From Paraspadella gotoi (lineage: Eukaryota; Animalia; Chaetognatha), in the NCBI GenBank assembly GCA_051294375.1, contig CM119268.1, forward strand, positions 7,898,632 through 7,962,631: a stretch of DNA of 64,000 bases. The letters are read 5' to 3'. The stretch's first letter is position 1; each line of letters starts with the position of its first letter. The notes beneath the pieces are model-generated. The model searched no databases, had not been told where the DNA came from, and saw only the letters and a program-made list of their open reading frames with translations. Shown here piece after piece: positions 1 to 13,418 of this stretch. Made by a program: the position numbers and the translations under genes.

Positions 1-1079
1 TTTCTCCTTCTATTTTAAGAATCTAGCCTAGATTCTAGGTCCTCTTACTATTTCTTTTTTCCTTTTTTTTTCTCGCGCTTTATTTTTATCTTTCAGTTTC
101 CAACTTCAGATTTTTTTTTTNNNNNNNNNNNNNNNNNNNNNNNNNNNNNNNNNNNNNNNNNNNNNNNNNNNNNNNNNNNNNNNNNNNNNNNNNNNNNNNN
201 NNNNNNNNNNNNNNNNNNNNNNNNNNNNNNNNNNNNNNNNNNNNNNNNNNNNNNNNNNNNNNNNNNNNNNNNNNNNNNNNNNNNNNNNNNNNNNNNNNNN
301 NNNNNNNNNNNNNAATGGAATCGAAATTAGAGATTCAAAAACATGAGATGAAAATTAAAGGAGAAAAAAAAAAGTTAGGATGAGATGAATCGAAGGAGGA
401 AAAAAAAAAGGTGAATCAATGTTCCTTCCCTGAATATTCATGGATTTGCGCCTCCCTTTATATTCATCCATTTATTAAGTGGTTAGTAATCTTCTTCCGC
501 TCTTAACCCTTTTCCTCTCATTCTCTTCGTATTTATCGGCGAGTGAACCTTTTCCCCTTTTTCCCTCATCTCTCTCCGCCTAATGATTGGCGAAGGCAAN
601 NNNNNNNNNNNNNNNNNNNNNNNNNNNNNNNNNNNNNNNNNNNNNNNNNNNNNNNNNNNNNNNNNNNNNNNNNNNNNNNNNNNNNNNNNNNNNNNNNNNN
701 NNNNNNNNNNNNNNNNNNNNNNNNNNNNNNNNNNNNNNNNNNNNNNNNNNNNNNNNNNNNNNNNNNNNNNNNNNNNNNNNNNNNNNNNNNNNNNNNNNNN
801 NNNNNNNNNNNNNNNNNNNNNNNNNNNNNNNNNCGCCCGCGCATGCGCACGAGGATTCGGAGAGATTCCGAACTGGCGCACGCAGATTTGGTCGCGCACT
901 TAGTTTCGTTCGAGTGCGCAGTTTCACGAGCGCGTACGAGAGCAAACAAGAGTCGAGAGATGGCGCGTACGAGCTGTGACCGACGCGTACGATCATTAAA
1001 TGGTTGGAGTACGGACGATTAAAATTGTTTAATTGTGTGAAGAACACTTTTGACTTATCAAGAACAATAACAATGGCCG

Positions 1080-1513
1080 ATCTAAGACACGATTTTTTTC
1101 CTTTTCAAATTAATGGGAACCCTCAAGTTTCCAACCAGACATCCCATGTGATATTCAGACCCCTCACACTGACACAATCCCTACAACCTCTAAAAACAGA
1201 GAAACTCTTCCTCCTTCCTCCACTTTTCCTTTTTTTTTCTTCTTTTAATCTCCTTTTTTTTTACTCTCGTGAGGATTTTCCTNNNNNNNNNNNNNNNNNN
1301 NNNNNNNCATCTAAGACACGATTTTTTTTCTTTTTCAATATTAATGAAAACCCTCAAGTTTCCAACCAGACATCCCAAGTGATATTCAGACCACTCACAT
1401 GAACAATCCCTACAACCTCTAAAAACATGAGAAGACTCTTCCTCCTTCCTCCACTTTTCCTTTTTTTTTTCCTTTTTAACTTCCTTTTTTTTTTTTTACT
1501 CTCTGAGGATTTT
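1080..1513. repeat. ~205-bp tandem duplication across an N gap
   Basis: ATCTAAGACACG...GAGGATTTTCCT occurs at 1080-1282 and 1309-1515. Confidence 0.75.
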
Positions 1514-3530
1514 CCTCACCTTTCCTTTTTCTCTTCGACCTGTTCCAATTTCAATCGCGACGAGACTCGTTCGGCCTTTGACCCGAGCGGTCGTTGTTGT
1601 TGTCGTCGTTGTCTTCCTTGTTGTCTTTACATTACCTTTCGTTCGATAGGGGATCCAAGAGCAGTCATTACATTGTCCAATATCCCTGGCGTGATTGGAT
1701 CATTCAAGCTTTATATTAATCGCAAGCAAATTAACCCTTACTTTCCTTTGCTGTCGTCGTCGTAGTTGTCGTCGTCATAGTATTGGCAGGATATGTGATA
1801 ATATTCTTCGTCGCCGATGCTGTATTCTCACCGAGTTATGTCATTTTCGTCGTCTTCTTCGTCATTCTCGTCGTCATCATCTTCCTCTTTCACACCGCCA
1901 TCTCCATTTTCGACCAACGCCGCCACGCTATCTCTCGACGTGCGCCGAAAACAAATTAAAGATTTTCACGCCCTTCGCTCGCTCTCGTTCTGTCTCGTTC
2001 TCCTTCTCTCCCTCTTTCCTCCAACCCCCCNNNNNNNNNNNNNNNNNNNNNNNNNNNNNNNNNNNNNNNNNNNNNNNNNNNNNNNNNNNNNNNNNNNNNN
2101 NNNNNNNNNNNNNNNNNNNNNNNNNNNNNNNNNNNNNNNNNNNNNNNNNNNNNNNNNNNNNNNNNNNNNNNNNNNNNNNNNNNNNNNNNNNNNNNNNNNN
2201 NNNNNNNNNNNNNNNNNNNNNNNNNNNNNNNNNNNNNNNNNNNNNNNNNNNNNNNNNNNNNNNNNNNNNNNNNNNNNNNNNNNNNNNNNNNNNNNNNNNN
2301 NNNNNNNNNNNNNNNNNNNNNNNNNNNNNNNNNNNNNNNNNNNNNNNNNNNNNNNNNNNNNNNNNNNNNNNNNNNNNNNNNNNNNNNNNNNNNNNNNNNN
2401 NNNNNNNNNNNNNNNNNNNNNTCTTGTATTTTGATGCTGGGCGGAGTACAATATAGTATTCCTCGGTCTAATACTTAAGGGAGTGGTCTTTTCATACAAT
2501 TGAAACATTCTTTGAAATATTTTCCACTTCATTGATAGGGAAGCCAGGTACTCAGGGAGTGAATAAACAAGACTGTGAGAGAGTCTTGATTGAAAGCATG
2601 TAAGATTCTGCAATGTCATTATCTTGTAAGAGTGATGGAGGCCTTAAACCACCAAAGCCTGTCCAAAGTCAAGATAGCTTATTTATTAAATGAATATATA
2701 ATTTTTATATTGGTTGTACCAATTTCATTCAATATTTATAATTATATGTACACATAATTACGTAGTAGGACATTCAAAGAGATTTTCTTAAGGAGATTCT
2801 TCTCCCTACGATTTCCATTTTTCTTCTGTTTTATTTTCTTTTCTCACCAAATTGAGATCGCCAATTTCAACCATCCTCTTCTTGCTATATTTGTCTCTCT
2901 CCTTTTTTGAGTCTCCGAAGATAGATGTCTCGGGTTCCTTTCAAATCATTATTTCATTTTCCCCCTCTCTTAAACTTTCCTTCTTTTCCTTTCCTTTCCT
3001 CCTTCCCTTTCCTCCTTCCCTTTTCTCCTTCCCTTTCCTCCTTCCCTTTCCTCCTTCCCTTTCCTCCTTTCCTTTCCTCCCCTCTTCTTCTCATTCTTTG
3101 AGAAAAAAAAACCGAAGGCGAAAAAAAATTGATTTGTTTGTCATCGTCTTCATCTTCATCATCGTCTTCACCATCGTCATCATCGTCGCTGTCGTCGTCA
3201 CAAAGATCATCAACGCTATCATCATCATCGTCGTCTTTATCGTCGTCGTCGTCGTCGGCTTCATTAGGCAAACGAAGCTCGAGCCTCGCCGAATAATCCC
3301 GGGCAATTACGGGCGAATATCCTTCACCCTCGAAGTAAGGGCGGGTAAGGGCGAGTGAGGGATGAAAATTTGGAAATCAGATCGAATCTGATCGAGCAAC
3401 CGGTGTGGGAAAGAAAGACTTGACATTTTTTGTTTGTTGATGATGATTGTACTGAATCAGCCTTGTTGTATTCGAATAAAATCGCATATATTATACTAAG
3501 TATGTAATAAGGTCGAGAAAATTTTTAAAA

Positions 3531-6500
3531 AAAGATATTAAAAATTGCAAGATTACTTGTTTTACTGAATTAGGCTTTAAAATTTTATATTAAAATTTTA
3601 ATCTTAAAATCTTTAATCTATAATCTTAAAATTTTAAAATAAATGTAAGAATTTAATAAATTTCACTATATATTATATTTAATTATATTTTTTGTAAGAG
3701 TATATTTTTTATAATGTAATGGGGAGAGGGATGTTAGTGTTGTCTTCTGGAAATAGAGGGAGCATCTATACAACCCAAGGTTAAAAGCTGTGAAAATTTA
3801 CCTGGCAATAAAACTCTCTCATCCTTCTTTTACCAATTTTTACTCTCTCTCNNNNNNNNNNNNNNNNNNNNNNNNNNNNNNNNNNNNNNNNNNNNNNNNN
3901 NNNNNNNNNNNNNNNNNNNNNNNNNNNNNNNNNNNNNNNNNNNNNNNNNNNNNNNNNNNNNNNNNNNNNNNNNNNNNNNNNNNNNNNNNNNNNNNNNNNN
4001 NNNNNNNNNNNNNNNNNNNNNNNNNNNNNNNNNNNNNNNNNNNNNNNNNNNNNNNNNNNTCTCTCTCTCTCTATTTCTCTCTCTCTCTCTATCTCGCGTA
4101 TCCCTATAATTTCGTGGTGGGATACTGTGAAAGAAAGGACGTTTCTTTTTTTCCAAGGCGTCGGTTATTTTCACTGCATTCAACACAAACGGTAAAGTGT
4201 GATTTTTTTNNNNNNNNNNNNNNNNNNNNNNNNNCGCCTTCTCGTTTTGGTCGTCGTCTTCGTCGTTTTCAATCATTTCTATCTGTCCTCCCTCTCGCTC
4301 CGCTCGGTTTTTGTCCCTTTGCACTTTCGCCATCATTTTTTACATGGCTCCTTCCGTCCCGTCCGCTTCTTTTGTCGTCTCTTCTTCGTCGCCTCCCTCC
4401 TTCCGTCGTTTTCTCCGTCCGTCACCTTCTCGTCGTCGTCTTCGTCGTCATTTTCGTCGCCGTCTACGACGTCCGTTTTTCGTCATCCGTGTCCATTATT
4501 CCGTCGTCTTCGCGTCATCTATGCCGTCGTTTAATCGTTTTCTTCCTTGTTTTGTCGTCAGTTTTCTTCTACCAATCAATAAATCAAGAAACTTACGTAG
4601 AAGCCATTTGCAAAGATTTACAGTGAAGGAACACTTTAAAACTGATATCACTGATTCCACAGAACCAAGCGAAAAAATGAATAAACAATTCTTAAAAAAA
4701 GAAAAAAAAAGAAAGAGAGATAGGGAGAGAGAGAGAGAGAGAGAAAGAAGCTGGGACAGTATCGTTGCACGAGCAAAGAACTCGTTTACTCTTGTCACCT
4801 AGTGACGTTGGTGAAATCATGGTCAAGACGATCAACCTTTTATTTATTTTTAGGCCGGAAATCTGCTGTCGTCGGTCCATCGGTCCGCCCACCCCGCAAT
4901 CTTGTCGGCATTCACATATATCCCTGCCAGAAAAAGGTCAGGAAAGTGAGTGATGAGCTGGAATAAAGTTCTTCGGTGGAATCGTACCGAGTGCGAAATG
5001 AAGTTAAAAAGGAAAGAAACCAAAACAATCTATTTCACTATTTGAACGTCAATTACTCATGAAAGTGAAATGGGGCGATTGACTTCAAATTTGGATGTGG
5101 GAAAATAAAGTTTTGATGGGAATCGTCTAAGTGGAAATGAAGTTAAAATGGAATAAACAAACCAAACTATTTCAACTCTTGAATCTATGCTTTTATTTTT
5201 ATATTAAATGTAAATTCAAGCTGCATTAATTGATTATTAATAAATAAGTAATTAATTAGTTATTACATCATTTGTAATTAATTAATTAATTAATTAGTTA
5301 TTTTGTGACTCGAGATTGTTTTTGTGATTTTTGAGAGCGAGACAAAGTGCAAAACGATTTTGACACGAATAAAGAAAGTTATTATTAATTCATTAAAATG
5401 ATTAATTAATATTATGAATAATGATAAAATGATAATGAGCCGCTGGCAGATCCGGTCAATTGTTTGGGTCAAACTTGTTTTTATACACGGTAACGTTTCC
5501 CGCCGTGTGAATTTGGCGTCATGTTGATTTTTGTTTATACACGTATACGTTTCCCGTTGCGATCGATCATGGTTCCTTACATTGTTTATCTCATTGCCCG
5601 CAACGGCCCACGAAATCTCGGTCAAGTAAGTTATTTTATTTTGAATTTTGCTATTGAGAAGAAAGCGCGGAAACAAAGGGCGATAATAAAAAAATAAACA
5701 GAATTTTTCAAAAAAAACGAACGAAATCAACGCAAGAGATCGTACGGAGACTAGACAAGACACAGTGAGAAGAGAGAGAGGGAGAGAGAAGAGAGAGAGA
5801 GAAAGAAAGCTGGACTAGACGCTGCGAAGGCCGGATCTCATTTACTCGTCGCCTTGTGATGTTGGTGAAATCTAGTCAAGACAAATCAAACTCGGTCAAT
5901 CAGTACTTTCACAAGAAACATTTCAATTTTTCTAGGTTTTTAATTAATTGTTCTACTACTTTAAGTACAGTGCCAGCAGGATAAAAAACGTCTTGTATTT
6001 AGTAAAATAATTTTTGGTTCATTTCCCAATATCTTCTCTTGACTTCCTAACCCACTTTTACTCTCATCTTTTTTTAAAAAACCGTGACATTCTTTCTTGA
6101 GGCTTCGGTCCTGCAGTCTACTGCTTTGGACGTCACATTCACCTACAACTCCCTCTCTTGTACACCGAGTTCGCTCTACCTAGCCTACGACCACACACAA
6201 ACATTGTCCTTTTTGGTATGATAAAACCAATAAACTAATCTGAAAGACTTCTTGATAACCTGTTGTAACTGCATCAATAAATCACGTAAATTTCAATCAT
6301 TTGCAGCCCGATAATGATCAAATCTTGCTGATGTACGTTGTTTATTTATACCCCTGTATCCTCAGTTTATTTTATCACTATGGCATCTCCTTCCTCGAAA
6401 GTTACCTCCGCTCACGGACCATTGCACGCGGCGCTCCAGATCCCAGCGACCCGTTTGATAACTATGTTGAAATGAATAGTTTTTATAAACACTCTTACTA

Positions 6501-8890
6501 TAAATTCTACAATCACTCATACTTTCATAAACATCAATTTCTTTTACCCTCTATCTATTAATCATCTTTAACCGTCTATCCTTTAGAAAAGTAAAATACT
6601 AGGCGTGTCTAGGGCGTCACGGTTGACTCAAGCAGACGATGGAATTTCATTTTAATAACACTTTCTTCTTAACTGCTCTTTAATCTGTGGATAAGGCGCT
6701 TAGATGGGCAGAAGATGACTATCCGTTAACTTTTATAAACCCCTCGTAGCAGACATAGTGAACCAGGCTTGAGGGTTTTGCCCGACACCCCAAGGCGGCT
6801 TACGGCCGTTCCACTCCTCTCCCGCAGGGTAGTACCAGGGTTGGGATTGAACCCTGTACCTAGTGGTTTTTACTCATGAGCCATCCGGGATCACAACTGC
6901 GAAATCAGTCATTCTTATAGGCAGGGGTGAACCATAGGCAATGCCCGACTACAAATCTTTAAAAAAGGTCATGGTAAAAACAATTTAACTTCAAAATATT
7001 AAACTATAAAACTATACTAAGACAATCATGTTGATACCCAAAAAAGCTTCTCGCCTCCAATCAGTCTCATCTATATAATCCATCCAACTACTTTTTGAGG
7101 AATGGCACTCGGTACCGTCAGGTGGGACCCCCTTGCGGTTTTGCTGTTAACGTCCCACATTATTACTCTTCACCTCATTGGCCTCATATGATGTCAAGCA
7201 TCCTTGCTGGAGATGTCTTCTTCGCATGCGTTGTTCATAATCAGGATAGTGCCAAGAGATGTCAAATCTTTAAAAATTAATTAACATAAGCAAATAATCA
7301 TGAAAGCAAACAATGCCCGGATCCTGTGAACGATCATTAACAGTAATTAATTAGTTAATTATTTAAAACATTGTTTAAATTTTCTTATAATTAATTAATT
7401 AATAAATTATTGTTTTTAGGTTGGCTTTTTTTTTGTAAATTAATTTACCCTCCTCTCATTCATCCCTTATTTAATGACATATTGCACTGATTTGATTAAT
7501 TGTTTTTACTTTCATCTCAGCTTGCATTCCTATCACTTCGATACTCACCAACAAAAACACAAAGATAAACAGCTCGAATCCACATTTAAAGTATCTATTT
7601 GCACTCAGATCTGGTATTTTTAGCAAAAATTAGGGCCTTTCTCAAGACAAAAAGCACGAACGACGATTTATTGCGCATGAAACCATGCATACCACACTCG
7701 ATTCTGATCCTGATTGATAATTCGCCGATTCGACTTGATTGCATTACCGATTTCTTCGAATTTCACACACATCCTCGCAACGTTGCCTCACACACTTGTT
7801 TGTTTTTCAGATACTTTTCTTTTTTTCGTCATGACAGAAAGCCAACGAATCACTGACTGAGACGATGTAACACGCACATGATTAATTGAACTGATTCGAG
7901 TGATTTTTTAATTAAATTGTTAGGTAATTAATCTAATTTTTTATTGTTTGATAAATCCAATTGTATTTATGGTCGTACGCGGCAACATGTCGTGACCGTA
8001 AAGGGAGAAAAGCTGTCGAAGTCGAGATGTCATAGAAATTCGACCTCATCCGGCGTTTTACTTTTGCCCAGTTTTCGAGAGAGGAGAGAGAGAGATGAGA
8101 GAGACGAACGCGAACCGACGAATTATGAGACGATGCGAAACGTGAACCTCGGATATCCGATTACTCTCTTTTATGTAAGGAATTCGTTTACGTCGTAAGG
8201 TTTTTACAGACCGTTTGTTCTATTCGGACCGTTTGTTTACTATAGTAAACCGCACTTTTTTTTATGATTCATCGGAACTTAATTATCGACCTCTATATGC
8301 AACTGTATTAACTCGAATTTGGTACATAAACAAACTACACCTTTTGACCCCAACCACGATCGTCGCCAATCTCTGAAAGTCACGCCAGAAAAGTCGAGCA
8401 GCTCAAACCACAAGCTGACTAATCTAGTTACTCAATTCAATTGCATTAATGAATTGATAAGCTTACTGAATCTAATTAATTATTCTTTTTGATTAATTGA
8501 ATAATTAATGCAACAAAGAAAAAGACAATTAATATAAAATTCTTAAAAGCGCATAAAGAATCGAGCCCGCTTTCGATAAGTACCCAAATCATTGATGCGA
8601 CTGATAACCAAACTATTGATGCCGACTGACTCAACAACATTTGACGCGATGATAAACAATAATTTGATTGCGCATGGACTAACAAAATCGACTGATGTGA
8701 CTGATATCAAATGATTGATTGCGATGATAGTCATTCATTGATACGAAGATAATCCCATTCCATTGATACCGATGATAGTCATTCATTGATCGCGCATGCA
8801 CTAGTCGATTCATTGACGCGCTGAATCATTCATCGTAAAATTTAAAAAACAAAAAACCCAAAAATGGGCCCCCCGGGTGGGGTTATGAGT

Positions 8891-8923
<33 letters not shown>

Positions 8924-11900
8924 AGGAGAGAGAGAGAGAGAGAGAGCTGGCACGTTTTCCCACGCCACGAACGCATTATTAGGTCTCTCCTCGTTTTCAT
9001 ATAAAGAATCAATCCACGACATCTTTAGAAAAAAATACCACAATTGGCGCATGTAAATTTGTTGATTTTTGTATGAGAAAAAAGCGCGGATAATGGCGAT
9101 AATAACAGTTTTAGAAGGAAAAAAAGAGAGAGAGAGAAGAGAGATGAGAGAGAGAGTAGAGAGAGGCGAGAGAGAAAGAGGGGAGGCGAGGTCGAGAAAG
9201 AGAGAGAGAGACGAGAGTTTTCCCACAAACCGAGACGCATTATTAGTCATCTCGTTTTATATATCGTTATCCGTTGCTCGCACGGCGTCGTGAATTGGGG
9301 TCTACTGTGATTTTTTTTCTAATACACGCTAACGCGTTATTCAGGTCATGTTCCTCGACCATTGTTTACTTGTTTGCTACGAGAACGAATCTATTTAGGT
9401 TAAGTTAAGTATTGTATTTTGGGAATTTTGTATTGAGGAATAAACATATTAGGAATTGTTTATTGTTTGCCAACCACTACACAGACTTTTTATTTTCATA
9501 GTACATGTTTCGAATCTGCTTGATTGAGTCTTCATCAGCTTTGAAAAACAAATCAAAACATGTTAAATTGCGCTCATTGAGTAATTGGCGTTCCTAAAGC
9601 CAAGGGGGCACGGACTGGAACGGAACTACAGATCGACAGACGAAACATTTTTTTGCATTATTATGTAGATTATAGAATTATTTAGAAAATCTTTCGTTTT
9701 CTCTCTAATGCATAATTTTCTATACATAATTCGATGTTCTGAGAGAATATAAGTGACTTACCGACAAAATAAGGGTGGCGGCCAACATGATGAGTAAGAG
9801 ACTAGCATCGTCCTTCTCTGATACAAATTATAAGATTAAACTCATTTTTCAAGATAAATTCATTGTTAAATTTTCTGTCATGAACCCGCCTACGGCGTTA
9901 CGCGTCGAGGCCTCTCGGTATACCTCTCCCGTCACAGAACGCTCGGCGTCTATCAACGTCCCTCGCAACCGTCGTCGGCAAACGGGCGCGGCGACGTCCC
10001 GCGGGCTGATGGCGCGGCGCCGTCGCAATGTCGGGGCGCTCATCGAACGACCGGAAAGCGCTCGCGGTCCGCCGGTACCCGGCGCGTCACGCGCGCCTGG
10101 CCTAAAAAGGCTCCTCCTACCAACGGTAATCAATGAACGAAACTGTGGGCGATACCGTGACCGTGGGGCTTGGCCTAATCAAAGAAATGTAAAACAAACT
10201 GGCAAAAGAAAATCAATAGAAATGCGGCACTTCGCATCTTCCTCTACAATTTTTCTTTTCTTTTTCGTTTCCATTTGGGACATAAGAAAAAGTTTAAATT
10301 ATGCACCCTTCAGCAACACGAATTTATTTACTTATTTATTCTTCTCTCTCTCTTTCTCTCTTCTCTCTCATCCCTTCTTTCACCACAAACTCTCATGTAT
10401 TTCACACTGGTCCTTAACTGCGCTGAAGAAGGTTCGTAAACCGGAACCGAACATGTCCGTTATCATTAAACTAAATTCCGTCTCCGTTACTGAGAATCAC
10501 AATCTTACAACTTTTCTATTAAGACAAATGTCATACTTGATTAGACGTTCCATCTCCGAAACATTAATCCATTTGGTATATCTTTGCCGTCTAATATAAT
10601 CAAAAACTTCCTTAAATAAACCAAAAAAAAATAAACAAAAGAAAAAAAATTAAGTACACGAGCGAAACCGCCTGTAAAAACGATTTTATTTTATCCAAGT
10701 TTTTTTTCAGTCATGACATGCATGTATGCTTACGTGCACGTAGCTTCTTGCATTTCCCTGTATTAATTATATGGACTGTTGTAAATGTTGCCGGTACACG
10801 CAACGATCAAACTAACTTTTGTTATCTCAAACAGCGTCTCTGAAAAAAAAACAAAATAACACGACTAAAGTTTATACATTCAATCAATCAAAGCAGGTCT
10901 TTGGCCACATTCTGGGGTTATCGATGTTTGTAATCAATCAATGCTTTCTAGTAAAAAAAGGAGCGCAAGATGATAGTTTTTTTTGGTTTTGTTTTCTGAC
11001 TTCCTCTTCAAAGTTTTTAAAAATGATTAAAGAGCATACTAGCCGCAATTGTCGGTTATGATCCAAGTATCAATGACGCAAAGTCTCATTGAGAGAGCTT
11101 GATTGCCTTTGCAGAGAGAGGACCCTTCTCTTAAGATTTCACTTACGACCCTCATCATCTTGAAAGTTGACTCACTGAAAATTTTGGATTTGGTGCATAT
11201 TGTAGCCCAGGAAAAGGCGTACAGTATTGACTCATCGAGACCGAACGGTTTTTATTTCTTCTAATTATTTTTTTAAAATTTTTATTTTCGATCCATCGGG
11301 ATAACTCCCTTTAAAAAAGATATAAAAATTGCAAGAGTTACTTGTTTTAACTGAAAATAACTTTTAAAAATTTTATATTAAAATTTTTAATCTAAAATCT
11401 TTATTCTTTAATCTTAAATTTAAAAAAATGTAAGACATTTAATAATTTCACTATATATTATATTTAATTATATTTTTTGTAAGAGTAACTTTTTTATACG
11501 TCAATGGCGGAGAGGGAGTTAGTGTTGTTCTCTGGAAATAGAGGAGCAATCTATACAACCCAAGGGTAAAAGCTGTGAAAATTTACCTGCAAAACAACTC
11601 TCTCATCCTGTCTTTTACCAATTTTCTAACTCTAATCTTCCCTTTCTCTCATCTCTCTCTTCCCTCTCTCTCTCTCTCTCTCTTCTCTCTCTTCTCTCTC
11701 TGCCCTCCTCTGAACAATTGCCTCTGGAGCCGATTCATGGATCTGCTGCGATGGAAACAGGAAGGCAGATGTGGAGCGAATCAGAGTTGGATAATCTTCC
11801 TATAATTTCTCATCTCATTCTACACCCTCGTCTCTCTCTCCTACCTCTCTAGCGTCTACTCTCCATGTCATCATCTCCTCTCTCTCTCTCTCTATTTCTT

Positions 11901-12040
11901 TTTCTCTCTCTACCTCTCTTCTCCGTTATCCCTATAATTTCGTGGTGGGATACCACAGTAGAACAGGACGCTTTACTTTTTTTCCGAAGGCGTCGTTATT
12001 TTCCTGCCATTCAACACAAACGGATACGGTGATTTTTTTT
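3531..12040. repeat. Dispersed ~700-bp direct repeat (3531-4209 and ~11315-12040)
   Basis: Shared AAAATTGCAAGA..TTACTTGTTTT, CTATACAACCCAAGG..TAAAAGCTGTGAAA and ATCCCTATAATTTCGTGGTGGGATAC...CATTCAACACAAACGG. Confidence 0.75.
6660..6890 (-). mobile_element. Degenerate tRNA-derived SINE
   Basis: On the minus strand: A-box-like TGGCTCA, B box GGTTCAATCCC, a central GTGTCGGGCAAAACCCTCAAGCC resembling conserved SINE core domains, and an AAGCGCCTT tail motif. Confidence 0.5.
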
Positions 12041-13387
12041 TAAACGAATTTTATCGAATACAAAACAATTGATATTTTTGCTACGAAATATATGTAAAAA
12101 ATTTGATCTAACTCTTGATATAATATTTAACTTATAAAAGGCACTATTTATGATCTAGTCCATTACCTAAAGACAAATATATTTAGACGGAGATTACGAC
12201 GAGTGGCTTTTTTCGCATAGAAAATTGTTAAGTGTTTAATCTTCTTTATTCGAGACAGAGAATAACTGCGGCGACAGTGGAGCGCGAATTCGCATGACGA
12301 CTGACGACGACCGATGACGCACGACCACTTATCCAGCGGCAAACAGAGAAGAGGCTGATGATGAAGAAGAGGAGGGGGTTGGAGTAGACGACGCGACGCG
12401 AAGGAGGAGTATGAGGTAGAGGCAGGAAGAGGAGGAAGAGGATCAGGCCAACGTGAATTTCTTTCTTTTATTCGAACGTGAAAAGAGAAAGGAGAAATTG
12501 AGGACGACAGGACGATGCAAAGGAGAAGAGGGGGGAAAAAGAGAGAATCGAAAGAGAAAAAAAAAGAAAAAGCCGAAATGAAATAGAAGGAAAAGAAAAT
12601 AAATACGGCAGAAGGAAATAAAGAGAACACATCTGGCAGAATTGTAGACTACTCTCGTTCATTTTGTGTTTCCGATTTTTTTTTTTCTGTTTTTTTTTAC
12701 TTTTTATTCCGTCTAACTGCGGCTGTTTCATTGTGGGAAATTCTGCTTTACCTCCATCATATGAGGAAATACTAATTTCGAGCGCATCACCACCACATGC
12801 TAATTTGAGGAAATACGTCACCAGATGATAATCGCTGTAAATTTCATGAGGCACATTCTGCTCAAAAACCGAAAACGAAATCGCGAAAACACTAAAAACT
12901 AACAGTTATAAATAGACTTACGCTTAAATATCTTTCCTTTTGTCACCTCGTATTATTTCAAATATCATCTCGTTCAGTATCTTTCCGTTTGAGCGAATTC
13001 GACTCAACAGCATCGAGATATCAATACCCATTTTTTTGTCTCTTTCGAGCGATTAGAGCGGAGCTTCCTGTATCGTCGGAGAAGGAGTAACTTTTTTTCT
13101 TTATTTCAATTTTCTTTCTTTCCTTTATTTTATTTTTTTTTATGTTCGCATTGAAGGAATAAAAAAAAAAGATTAGTAGAAATATTAGAAACCCGAGGGG
13201 AGTTTCGTTTTTCCGTTCCTCCTCTTCCTCCTCCTCCTCCTCTTCTTCCACTTCCTCCTCTTCTTCCTCCTAAATTTCTTCAAATCCTCCTCCTCTTCCT
13301 CCTCCTCCTCCTCCTCCTTTTCCCCTTCGCTCTTTAGTTGGGCCTTCCCGTCTTACGACGCATCGAGAACAGAGATCGTCGTCTTCG

Positions 13388-13418
<31 letters not shown>

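Noticed and set aside
2422-2620. Possible LINE 3' remnant (PEYLASL on the minus strand)
   Set aside because: A single short motif next to a gap; too weak to call.
483-4626. Long ORFs containing X runs
   Set aside because: They are open only because N gaps and simple repeats lack stop codons.
9775-10599. 274-aa plus-strand ORF
   Set aside because: No recognisable domain; it spans a GC island and CT microsatellite sequence.
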